From the human T2T-CHM13v2.0 reference genome, Homo sapiens: a stretch of DNA of 64,000 nt. A model generated the notes under the pieces. It was not told the origin of the DNA. It saw only the letters and a program-made list of their open reading frames with translations, and ran no database searches. The DNA is taken from the NCBI RefSeq assembly GCF_009914755.1, contig NC_060934.1; one strand, given 5' to 3'. The translations under genes were made by a program, and so were the position numbers. Of the stretch, positions 48,625 through 64,000 are shown one piece after another (positions within the stretch are counted from its first letter, which is position 1; every line of letters begins with the position of its first letter).

Positions 48625-49620
48625 ATTTGTGTGTGTACTCCTCGGTCAGCCTGCCACTAAAATGTTGAATACTTCTCCAGATAAGCTGACAAATGCAGGG
48701 TAGAGGAAGAGCTTCTTCTCTGATGCCAATACTTCTGTTCATAAACCTTCACGTAACACTTTCTTGGAAGTGACATTGCTCTGTTGACTCATGTCTTCAA
48801 CTAAAGCCACCAGATCTTACATATGCTACTCTTAAAATACATATCCCTTTATCCTGTTCTTGTGCAACTGTTGGACTCTGTGCAGAATTTTATATTGATC
48901 CTTATTACTTTGCAACAGACACACATTTAGAATGTAAAATCTGCAAACTGCGGGAACATATTAATATATGCACATCAGCATCACTGCTGTCTACAAACTT
49001 AAGAAGTAAAATGCTAATTTTAAAATTAAGTGCTTGAATAAAGCTACTCTAAAAGTTTAGATAGTCCTAATTACTACTATGAAAAAATGACTGCCCTGCC
49101 TGAAAGCCATAGTTAACCTGGGCTCTAGGATACCATTAAATAGCCAAGCATGTAACATTTGCCATAATTACAAGCTGGGCCTTTTCTTCTCTTTTTCAAG
49201 ATGGTTGCTCAGGACAGTCATTTTTTTCTTTAAAGGATGCTGTAAGGACCTATCAAAGAGGCCCCCATGATATCTCAGGTCTGCTTTATGATTCAAAGGG
49301 AGCATCCTTCATACCTCTGGATACTCCTGGCATTAAGTAATAGGGTAACACTGTTTAGTGTCCCTCTCCTGCTAGGACACATAAACTTCACAATGGCAGG
49401 GGGTGCATCTGACTTTTTCATCAAGTCTCCCCTGGATCTTGCACAGTGCTGCACCCATGGCAGACACTCCATAAACTCAATAAATATTTGATGAATATAA
49501 ACATAAATTTACAGTCTCATCTATGCCACTAACTGTGTAATACTGGGCAAGTCATCTAACCCCTCTGGGTCCTACTTTGTTCATTTTAAACTAAAGGGAT
49601 TAGTCCAGATGATCCCAAAG

Positions 49621-49960
49621 TTTCCTTTTCCCTTCCCTCCCCTCCCCTCCCTTCCCCTCCCCTTCGCTTCCCTTCTCTCCCTCCTTTCTTTCTTTTTTTT
49701 TTTTTTTTCAGGGTCTCCCTCTGTTGCCTAGGCTGGAGTGCAGTGGGGCTGTCCTAGCTCACTGAAGTCTTGGATTCCTGAGCTCAAGCGATCCTCCCAC
49801 CTCAGTGTCTCAAGTAGCTGGGACCACAGGTGCATGCCACCACGCCTAGATAATTATTTTACTTTATCTTTGTAGAGATGGAGGTCTTGCTATATTGCCC
49901 AGGCTGGTCTCAAACTCCTGGGCTCAAGCAATCCTCCCGCCTCAGCCTCCCAAAGTGCTG
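49621..49960 (-). mobile_element. AluJ-like with polypyrimidine (CCCCT)n tail expansion
   Basis: Reverse Alu at about 49690-49960, preceded by a nearly pure pyrimidine tract. Confidence 0.88.
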
Positions 49961-52596
49961 CACTGGCCCTTTTCTAATGTTCATATTCCATATTTCCATC
50001 TTGTTGACTCAATGGCTTCTTGCCTCTGTTTCCCCATCAAAGACTCTAAAGCTAGATTGTTTTGCAGAGTATGGGCAAGTTTTAATCACATGCATGCCCC
50101 GGACCATGGGAAAGACTAGGGCAAAACACTGTTTTAAAGGATTTCTATAACCTACAGGGATTCCTAATTCAAGTGACTACAAAATAAAAATAAATATTTA
50201 GTCTGCCAAATAACTATACAGTTATTTCAGCATTACATTTTTCCAGAAAAAAATCTATAACACAAAAACACAATCACAGTCAGAGATCTTTTCTGGCAAC
50301 AAACTCAGGCTTTGAGCAAGGATATTCAGAAAATTTTAGAAAATAAAAGGAAAACCCTGGTTCAGAACAAGTTAACAGGTTGGTTCTGTTTGGAATACTA
50401 AATGCCAGATCCTGCAACAGAAATGTTTTCCCACATTTCACATGCTCTAAAAGCCGAGTCAACTGCTAGTGCTAATATTATTCTATCTGCTAGTTATGAT
50501 GAACGTCCTTCCTATCTTATTGCAAGCTTTAACTGCAACTACAGCCTCAAACATTAGCTGTACATGTAAAAAGAAACTTATTTTAGTCTAATTTAAAAGT
50601 AGAGCATTTTCATTTCATCATCAGCCTCCCCCGCTATTTCCTGTGTTATCAGATGTTGGAGAGTAAACCAGCAGTCTGTGAAACTGGCAAGCTGGTAGAC
50701 AAAATAGGCATATTCAACCAGCATTTTCTTAAATAAGAACCTAAGATGGTCTGACTTCTTAATGGTGATGGAGAAGATGCACATATTCAGAAGTTATAAA
50801 CCCAGAAGAAAAAGTACCAAGGAATTCCCAAAATGACTAACCCAATTCTAGAGGTTTCCTCCAAAACTCTATAGATTGCCTCACTTTTATGCTCTCCTTT
50901 AAAAAAAAAAAAAAGACACAGCCAATTTAATCTCTGCAGAGACAGACCTATACATATCCCAAGGAACTAACAATTCCAATTGTTAACTAGCTCCTAGACT
51001 GGCATACTTAATTCTTCTGTGGGACAGGTTGTTGTATCTGGCACATTTTTAAGTATGGACACAGAAAAATACATGTGCTGTGTAGGCTCCTGTTTGAACT
51101 TGAAGAGTAATTTTCTGTTTAGAAACACCCTATGTTACCGAAGACAAATTTGCTCCATGGAAATGGTTGACAATCCAAAGGGCATCAAGCCTCTACATAA
51201 GATGCTCATGGGAGGGACATCTTTTCTGCAACTGGGACATTCAAAATGGTCCCAAGAGTTAGGAAAATGGATAATAACTCATGAATATACTCACTCCTCC
51301 AGTCATCCATCCAACCACCATTTACTAGGCATCTACCACACATAAAACATTGTCAGTAAGAGACCAGTATTGTTTTTCTAAACATAAACAGTGAAAATTT
51401 TAAAAGTCCCCAAGTTTTTCCCCACAGAACAGGCAATTTTGATCAATTACTGATTTTGTTAATTTTTCTGTGTCTTAGAAAACCAACTGTCCTATTTCAG
51501 TCTAAATTTTACCAAACTGGCTGAAACTGAAAATTTTCTGCCCAGAATGAAGACCATATGACAAGCCCTATTGTGGTTTCAATAATTTCTCCAATGGGCA
51601 GATCAAGAATCATTTAAGGCATTAAATCATCCTCTTTCCTGGGCCATCTCAGACCTACTCTGGGTCATGTGAATGGCTGGTGGAAACCAAATTGAAAAGC
51701 TGCGAAAACATCCTGTAATAACAGGGAAATTAACAAACCCATTCTGTAATGCATATTTACCCCCATTTCCTCTGCCCCCATTATCTTTCTATGAACCCAC
51801 ATGCATAAATCTTCATGCAGACCATAGTAAACAGTACATGTAAAATGTTAAATACATACATTCCTTCATATCCACACAGATAATGGTATAATGTGATATA
51901 CTCCTAAGACTCAACTTGAGCTAATGTCCATAAACAGAAAGTTATTATTAATGCATTTAAAGTTTCATTTAAAATTCTATTGTGAAGGATAATTTGTTAG
52001 CTGAAGTGAATACACTACCATACCTTGATAGGATTTGGAAAAATATTAGATCGAGACCCAGTAATGAAATGCAAGGTATGTAAAATCACACATAGTTGGA
52101 ATTAAGAAATTTCATGGTTGTAAATGTCTGAGATGTCAACATATTTTTCCCATAAGCATTTTAAAGAGAACAAAAATAGATACAGAGTGGCCAAGTGAAT
52201 TGCCTCAGGTGGCTCAACCAGTTTCTGTAATCTGGAAATACACACCCTTATTCTCTTACTGATTGTCATAAAGATTGTAGTAACCTAAGAAGACATCAGC
52301 CTAAATTTGACAAGAGTCAAAATATGACTCCGTGATAAGTAGCTGTTCTCTCGTTATAGGTATTAGCCCACCCCGAGTGAGTGACGGTGCAGTCATTACA
52401 GCAATAACACAAACCAATACCATGTTGCTTCCACTTATCACATCACCCTAATGAAGCTAAGGAAAAAGGCCACCAGGTCTGTACACGCGAACTTAACTTG
52501 AAGTGTACCCTACTTGGATTATCTGAGTGCAAGCCCAACATCTTCCTCTAGAGTCTATCATTTTTCTCTTCAAAATTCCTAACTAAAAGTAAAACA

Positions 52597-52987
<391 letters not shown>

Positions 52988-53522
52988 CTATCAACAGTTT
53001 TTTGTATATCCTTTCAGGAAAAAAAGTAATGCATATACCAACATAAATATATTTCTTTTTAAAACATACCTAAATCACATTATACTATACACATTCTTCT
53101 GTATCTTAGTTTTTTCTTTTTATAAATCCTGGCAGACTTTCCATATCAACACAAAGAGAACTGCTTGGTTCTCTCTGAGGTCTGGATGGTATTCCATTGC
53201 ATAGATGCAACAATAATCTATTTAACTGGGCCCAAGGCCAAACATTATTTTTTGAAGGGCAGACGAGCACCCTGGTTTGATTCTGTCCTCACAAAGGCTG
53301 CCAGGAGCTCCGTTTCATTAGTTCTGATGGTAAGCTGTCATTTCGAGGACAGAAACTCTATTGTTAATCAAAGCCAATTTTGTCTCAACTAACACTGTAT
53401 TTCTGGAGCTTGGGAACAAAGCTAAACAGGTGACAAAATATAGAAGGAAACAAAGAAGGGGGGAGTGGGAAGGAAAAACAAGAAAGAAGAGGTCAGTAGT
53501 GAGGGAAAGAAAGAAAAAAATA

Positions 53523-54006
<484 letters not shown>

Positions 54007-54033
54007 CTAGAAGAAGTGTACTTTTAACACTTA

Positions 54034-54349
<316 letters not shown>

Positions 54350-54416
54350 TTAAAATTAAATTATTAACTGATAGATGGCTCCTATTCTCTGAAAAGTAAA
54401 CATTCTTTTTGAGCTT

Positions 54417-54708
54417 CACTGTCCAATATGGCAGTCACTGGCTACATATGGCTACTGAACATTCGAAATCTGTGTTATCTATAAAACACATACTAAATTT
54501 CAAATATAAAAGAAAGATGTAAAATATCTCAGTAATTGTTACATTGCTTATATATCAATAAGAGAATATTTTAGATATATTATTACATAAACTATATCAT
54601 TAAAATTAATTTTACTTGTTTCTTTTTACTTTTTTTAAATTACTGCAGCTGCTAAAAAATTTTGAATTTCACATATGGCCCACATTATACATTTTTTGGA
54701 TAGCGCTG
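54417..54708. mobile_element. MER33/MER3-like hAT DNA transposon
   Basis: Inverted termini CTGTCCAATA ... TTTTGGATAGCGCTG and GGCTACATATGGCTACTGAACATT motif. Confidence 0.75.
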
Positions 54709-55613
54709 GTTTTGAATGTAGACACCATCACAGCAGTGACTGTCTTTCCTGCTCTAACTGAGCACCCAACACAGGGCCTTGAGAATATAATAGATGCTCC
54801 ATAAATAACCATCAGATGAACAGTTGGCTCTGATATCTACATAAGGCAATAACCAGGCCTTGGACTACAAGACAGGAGGCCCTCACCCTGATCCTAGCCC
54901 TAATGGAAAAGCAGGTGTGTGACTTTGGGCAAGTCACTGAACCTGCCTGGGCCTTGTTTCTGTCATCTTTAAAACGGAAATAACATTAACATCTGCCTTA
55001 TAGGGAAGCTGCACAGGCCAAATGAAATAATGTCGATAAAAGGGTTTTGAAAGAGGGTAACACAGATGTCAGGTCCCTCCTGAATTCTACTATTCTCTTC
55101 TAGTAATAGTGCCAGGAGAAGTGAGATGCAAAAAATACTGAAACAACAGGGTAAGAAATTGACCGATAAAATTCCTACATCTGATGTTTCCATTCTGGCA
55201 TACATTAGAAAATTCAGACAGAGACAGGTGCAAACTTGAAATTCTCACACGAGCGGAAATTTCAGCATTCGTGACTCCCTTTTCCCCGTGGCTCACCAAA
55301 CACAGTTGACATAGGGACTTGCAGACACTTCTTTGAGGGACCATGAAAGTGTAACGCGAACAGGAGAAGGCCCTCTCTGGGTGGCCGCCGAAGCGGCAGG
55401 AGAGGCCGAGTTTACCACCCCACCGAGATCTCTCGGCTTTGCAGGAAAACTGTAATCCTGGGCGACTCTGAAGGCTCAGGGGAAAATTTCCATGGGCACA
55501 AAATCTATTGTAGGCATTAGTCCTCGTTAACTATTCCAGGAGCAGCAGGCAGTGACCCACAGTTAGGAGTGTGAACAACCCCTGATTCCGCAAGGCAGTT
55601 AGGGTATCAGGCA

Positions 55614-55624
55614 GGGGAAACCCC
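55614..55624. promoter_or_regulatory. NF-kB consensus motif GGGGAAACCCC
   Basis: Matches GGGRNWYYCC; a second kB-like site GGGGAAAATTTCC lies at 55479-55491. Motif match only. Confidence 0.4.
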
Positions 55625-55956
55625 AAGTGACTCTTGGACAGGCTGTAGCTTTTTAGTGACATTGGAAGGATTTCACTATCCCAGCTGGGTATCTTCTTCC
55701 CCAAATCAAAAAGATCATTTCAAAAAGGAAGAGAAAAAGAAAGCGTCCTTCAGCAGGGGGTATTTAAGGAGGATCCTGGAGGAGGCAATTGCAGAGTGGC
55801 TTAACCCACAGCAGAGAAAGAGCAACCCAACAGCCCACAGGCACAAGGCACCAGGACAGCAGCACCACAATCGTTGCTTTCAAGAGATCCAAGCCTAGAT
55901 TTTCCCCTCAGTCCTGCAAAGTGCCCCATAAGCCCCAGAAGTCGTCCATGACTTAC

Positions 55957-56060
55957 CATCTGCGAGGCCACGACACCGAGCAGAGCGCAGCAACTTCCCC
56001 TTTGCTCAGAGGGTCTGACTCCCTTCTCTTCTCTCAGGGCTGCTGCCTGTGACGCGCCAA
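55957..56060 (-). promoter_or_regulatory. Candidate alternative first exon / internal promoter of PIK3AP1 (upstream boundary uncertain)
   Basis: Strong donor ATG|GTAAGT at 55957/55956; non-repeat, locally CpG-enriched sequence; PU.1-type AAAGGGGAAGT at 55993-56003; TGACG half-CRE at 56050. Confidence 0.55.
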
Positions 56061-57109
56061 GGCCAAGCTCTGAGCCCCTTGGGACTACTGTGTCATGACC
56101 TGCCCATAACAGCCCATAATAGCCTATAACAGACCACAGGGCCTGAGCTACCGCGGGCTCCTGTGACCCAAAAACCGAAAGACAAGACACCAGGCATGGA
56201 GCAAAGCTCAAAGCTGGGCTGCATAGCAGAACCAACTTGAAGGCTTTTTCAAATTCATATTCCCAGGACAAACCTCTAGAGATTCCTATTCAGTAGGTCT
56301 GGGGTGGGGCCCAGGTATCCACATTTTAAACATAGTGCAGGGAAATTGCCAATGCTCAGCCTGACTTGGAAATTTATGGCCTGGAGCACTCAGGGAAGCG
56401 TCATTTTCTCTGATCCTTTCTCTTCCTTGAGCATTCTTCATTCTTTATCTCAGTGTGGAAGAGGAGGGTGGAGAGGAAAGACTTAGGGGAGAAGCAAGGC
56501 CAAGTGTAAGCTTTCTAGGCCCAAAGGCCCTGTGTTCCAAAGTGAGTTCCAGTGCTTACCCCAATCATTTAACCTCTCTGAACCTTAGTTTTCTCATCTG
56601 CAAAATGGCGCTGAAACCATCTGTGCACTTGGGGTTGTGGGAGGAATAAATACATGTAAAACACCTGATGCATTACACAGGGTAACTGTCATAAAAACCA
56701 TTCATCTTCTTATGAATTATTTCCCTGAGGGGAGGAGGGTACACGTTCTCCATACGACTATCCTTGCAAGAGAAACTGCAAATGTAAACAACAGACTGAA
56801 CCAAGCATAAAGGGAATAAAATAAAATAAATAGCAGTAAGGAAGGCGGTAGATTCAGGTTGCATGGGGGAGGGTGGGGAGATGCTAAGAGCAGGCTTGCA
56901 ACCCTGTCTCTGGGGACTCTATAGCAGTATGATCCAGAGGAAATTAACAGAGATTCACAAAGATTTAGGCATGAAGCTGCATGAACATTTATTGCAATAT
57001 TATTTATAAAAGGGGAAAAATTAGAACTTACAGGGGTTTTTTTCTTCTTTAACATTATGACAAACACAAATTATTTCAGAAAAAAGTTTCTTTTTAAATT
57101 TAAGAAAAG

Positions 57110-57955
<846 letters not shown>

Positions 57956-58016
57956 AATATTAATTAATTAATTAGTTAATTAACTTAGGAAAACATTTTG
58001 GAATCTATTTGATTAG

Positions 58017-58341
<325 letters not shown>

Positions 58342-59529
58342 CTTATTTTTTCTTTTAAACTGTAGTTTAATATTCAGACTAGAACATTAATATCAACAAA
58401 GGCAGGCCAGATGTAGATATATAGACATATCCCTCTAAATTTTTCCCATGGAAATCAAAGGCAAAATATATGATACTTGTGGGTACCATGAGAGCTTCTG
58501 AAACACAATGGGAATGGAGAGGGAGGGGCGAGGCAAAGAGAAAATAATGCATAAAAAGAAGCAGACAAGATCTCCACTGTAATACTATTAATAAATAATA
58601 TTGGGAGAATTCGGTTTAATGCTTCCCTCCACCCTCAACACACACAAATGCACATCACACGAATGAGAACTTTTGCAAAAACACTCAATATCACCCACAG
58701 AGTCCTTTCCCACACAGTCTAACAGAATCTATTTTTATATTCCATTGAGATTTGAAGCAAAGAATAGAGCCCCAGTAAAAAGAGGAAATAATTTCTGTGC
58801 TGTACCTGGGGTTTTCTCACTTCCTTAATTTAAAATAATCTTCCAACAAGTCCAAAAAGTCAGATCAATAGTCCAGTCTTCTATGCACAGGTATATATCA
58901 CTGCAAACGTTTTGGAACTAAACTGAATCAGTTAAAAAGGTTCTCGGGAATTTGCCATCTTCTTAGAAAACTTATAATGGTATATTACAGTGCTGGAGGC
59001 TGAAAGAAACCTTCCAAATTATCTGGTCCAACCCCATCATTTTACAGATGAAGAACTTGGAAAATAAACTGGCTGATCCAACACACTGAAGACTCCAATT
59101 AAAACATCTGCTTAATTTTAAGGTGGCTGACAAATTTGGAGAGTGGGGTGGGAAATAAAACCTCCAAAACATATTTTAGTAGTAATTTTGATCAAGGGGC
59201 TTATTAAATGAAGAAAGAGTAAAGATTGTGATCTCAGTAGCACCCCATCCCAACATCTAGAAACCTGAAAGATTAAAAACTGCCAGAGTGAACGCACCGA
59301 ATCTATGAGCAGGGGCAAAGGAAGAGAACGCAGGAGCTCTACCCTGAAGTCTGATGGCCTAAGCACCAAATACTGGCCTAATTTTATATCTAACTGATGG
59401 GTGTCCAGGAGCTGCCCTGATGTGATGGTGCCTCCATTTCCGGAGAAGTGGAGATTAGAGAAAATACTTCCCATGCGACAGAGGTACATGACCATTGACC
59501 TGACAACAGAAAGGTGGCTTAGACCCCTT

Positions 59530-60010
59530 GTTTGTACTCAGTGGTACCTGGACCAGCAGCATCAGCATCACCTGTGAGCTTGTTAGAAATGCAGAATCTG
59601 GCTGGGTGCGGTGGCTCACGCCTGTAATCCCAACACTTTGTGAGGCTGAGGCAGGCAGATCACTTGAGGTCAGGAGTTCAAGACCAGCCTGGCCAACATG
59701 GTGAAACCCCATCACTACTAAAAATACAAAAATCAGCCAGGCATGGTGGTGCATGCCTGTAATTCCATCTACTTGGGAGGCTGAGGCAGGAGAATTGCTC
59801 GAACCCAGGGAGGCAGAGGTAGCAGTGAGCCGAGATTGCGCCACTGTATTCCAGCCTGGGTGACAGAGCGAGACTCTATCTCAAAAAGAAAAAAAAAAGA
59901 AAAAAGAAAAAAAAAGAAATGCAGGATCTTGGCCCCACCCAAGGAGTCAGTATATGCATATTTACAAGATCCTCAGGTCCTTCTGTGCACATTAAAATTT
60001 GAGAAGCATT
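59530..60010. mobile_element. MER5A-like element split by an Alu
   Basis: GGACCAGCAGCATCAGCATCACCTG...TTAGAAATGCAGAATCT, resuming GGCCCCACCC...TTTGAGAAGCA after the Alu. Confidence 0.82.
59600..59914 (+). mobile_element. Alu (AluS-like) nested in MER5A
   Basis: TSD AGAAATGCAGRATCT. Confidence 0.95.
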
Positions 60011-60642
60011 GTTTAGCTAGCATAGCAGCAAAAGAAAGTATAATTGACTACCTGTAATCTAAGTTTCAAGAATAAAATAACCTCCTCTACTCTATTACCC
60101 ACTCCACTCTCTTTGATCTTTAAGCTTTACTTTAAACTTTACATGGTCTAAAATTTAGCCTAAATTTTAAATGGGCTTAGTGAATATCTCATTAAATAGT
60201 CCTTTTTATCAAAAGGTATCTCAAAGTTAAGAAAAATAGACATATAGCCATGTAAATATTCTGGGACTTTTACCATTTTAAAGGGTTACATAAATTATAA
60301 AGTGAGGTATTTTTCATGCTATTTACTGCTGGGGTCTGAGTAGGAACATGACCAGTATTTCTTCAGTTGGGAGTCAAAAACCTCAGGTATACCAGGTGAA
60401 GGAGGAAAATTGAATTCAGAAGAGAAATGTGTTCCTGGTGAAAAGGGGAACTTCTTGTAAGGGAATGTTATGATCAAAAGGCTGTAAAGGTCACATGGCC
60501 CAACCCTGGCCCCAAAGCTAAATCCCTTTACAGCACGTCTGCAGTATCTACTCTCTTACTCCTGGAGATGTGGCACTTACCACCTTCAAAGGCAACCCAT
60601 TCCACCTTCACACAGCTCTAATAATTAGGAAGTTTTTCCTAA

Positions 60643-61373
<731 letters not shown>

Positions 61374-62410
61374 TTATTGGGATTCTTTTTTTTAACAGAG
61401 AAAGTCAAAGAAACAAGTTTCATGTACTTATTTCTCATGGGACTGGGCAGCTGGTGTAGTAACGTATATGAAAATATTAGCTTTTGCTTTTATTTTGAGG
61501 TACCTTAGGAAAACCTCATGTATGCAAGAGGAGTATTTTTTAAAAAGATGGGTTATCACAAGTTATAGGGAATGTACCTAAGGACACAATTATCCCAGAA
61601 ATGTAGTGTAGGGAGAGTACTGTCTTTAGATACTGTTCTAGCCCTAAGCTTCCTGGGAGTCAAAGCAGGTATGAAATGTGGCAAGAAGGTCATACTTCAA
61701 AAATATTTAAGATTTTCTGGCCTAGGTGAATCACAGATTTTTAGCCTTGGGAAGTGTCTTAGATCAAGTCTAAATCTGCCACTTACAGAAAAGGAAACTG
61801 GAACTCAAAGAGGCAAAATGACTTGCTCAGTACTAGGCATCTGGTTAGCAGCAGAGCCGGGTAATGCAGTGTCCCTAACCCTGGTCAATGCTCTTTTTTC
61901 TACACTGCCAGACTCTGAGTATCAGGTTTGTTAAGAAAGCTTGTCCAGCAAAAAAAATCAGGAATATGGCCTCAGAGTCAAGGCCAACCAAGGGCCATGG
62001 CTATGGAATACCCAAAAAGCAAACCCAAGTCATCCTAGCACCGACAGAGATCTTGAATCCCCAAATTCACAAACCTAATACCAGATAAGAAAGTTATATT
62101 GAGGCTATAAGGCTTCCTTCCTCCTCTTCTCTTTCTTACAATTCCATTTGTCCCTATATCCATTGATTCTGAACTGCAAAGATATCCCACTAAGCAGCTT
62201 ATTTTAATCTCCCATTAAAGTAATCTCTTTCTGATGAGAAGTTCCTGCTCTTAGAACAGGAGCACCCTGTAAATGAGTTCATTCTTTCCGAGACACTTGA
62301 AGCTAAAGGCTCATAGCATACTGAACTACAGTCTTTGGTAAAAAGTGAAATAGTAGAAGAGATCAATTTATCCAGGTATTGAATCACTGGACACATCCAA
62401 ACAATATTAA

Positions 62411-62757
<347 letters not shown>

Positions 62758-63457
62758 ACACTACTGTAATATTTTAAAGAACAATCTGTTACAGCGTACA
62801 GTATGAGATGCCCAGTCAGTGGCAATACATCCATGGTGGGTTCCAGGGGCTGGCCTGCGAGATCCTAATGGACCGATGCAATGACATAAGATCATCCACA
62901 GAAACAACCAGTTGTGTCTCAGTTTTTTGTAAGTTTGGGCAGATCACAATTCCTTCAAAGTAATGAAAGGCAATCATGCAAAAATGAATTATATGCTTTT
63001 TCTATCATTGTCTTTCTAACGTAAAGATAAGCAAACTCTAGAAAAAGTACTAATCCAGGTCCCGGCATTTCAGGTGAGACATGTTTTACATTCACACTAG
63101 TGATTTATGTTACAAAATGAGAAGGAATCTTACTTTGTTAAAAGACGTGGTCATGTTTATTGGTTTAGAGTAGCCAATTCCTGGGATAAAAGCACCTAGG
63201 AAGTTACATTACCTTTTTAAGGCCACTGAAAATTAGTAAATTCTTGATTTCATTTATCAGATGGCATAGGGGTGGGTGAGACAAATTAATGCCCAAGTCA
63301 CACCAGGGATAACTGAGGCACAGTTAAATCAGGACCATAATTTTCCAGGCTTCTTTGCTGGCGTCAGGTATATAAGATCTCATGTGGCAAGAGAACAGAA
63401 TATAAACACATAGCCCATTCATAGCCCACAGTGAGGCAAAAATAGAAAACAAAAAGA

Positions 63458-63831
<374 letters not shown>

Positions 63832-64000
63832 TTACTGTTAATCAGAGTGTGTGTCACACTTCCTGGGGCCACTGAAGTCACTAACCCCGGCAGAAAGGAT
63901 CGGAATTTTCCTACTCTAAAAGGAGAAATGGCAAAATATAGAAGCTAGGCTGGTGGGAAATAGAGAAGAGGGCTATTTCTCTATAAACATGTTATCGAAA

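Noticed and set aside
55801-56271. 156-aa minus-strand ORF over the candidate internal exon
   Set aside because: Non-ATG start, runs through the splice donor, and resembles no protein I recognise.
62230-62330. TGATGA...CTGA arrangement suggesting a box C/D snoRNA
   Set aside because: Imperfect box C, no terminal stem, and on the strand opposite to the host transcript.
63043-63066. AAGTACTAATCCAGGTCCCGG resembles part of antisense 5S rRNA
   Set aside because: Only about 20 nt with gaps and no flanking similarity; consistent with chance.

Overview
Primate, almost certainly human, genomic DNA (it carries a human-specific AluYb8). The window covers part of PIK3AP1 (BCAP, B-cell PI3K adaptor) on the minus strand. 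Six coding exons at 605-12071 have GT-AG junctions and splice into one continuous 945-nt frame encoding the DBB region, the ankyrin-like region and the YxxM p85-docking motifs (exons 3-8, about residues 144-459; numbering recalled from the canonical 805-aa protein). Everything from 12072 to 64000 is one large intron (intron 2) filled with Alus, old L1/L2/MIR fragments, MaLR LTRs, MER DNA transposons and microsatellites; about 39 Alus were counted by eye across the whole window. Almost all ORF-track entries outside the exons are Alu/L1 or chance frames. I found no evidence of a wholly new gene system. The most interesting items are: (1) a candidate internal promoter and first exon near 55.96 kb whose splicing would give a 29-codon uORF followed by the TIR-less BCAP start at Met179; (2) a tailless retroposed 5' half of tRNA-Cys with a perfect 14-bp TSD; (3) an AluYb8 nested in an older Alu; (4) an Alu carrying a templated hairpin repair scar; (5) exon phases and inverted Alus that would allow stop-free circRNAs; (6) a perfect intronic ISRE.
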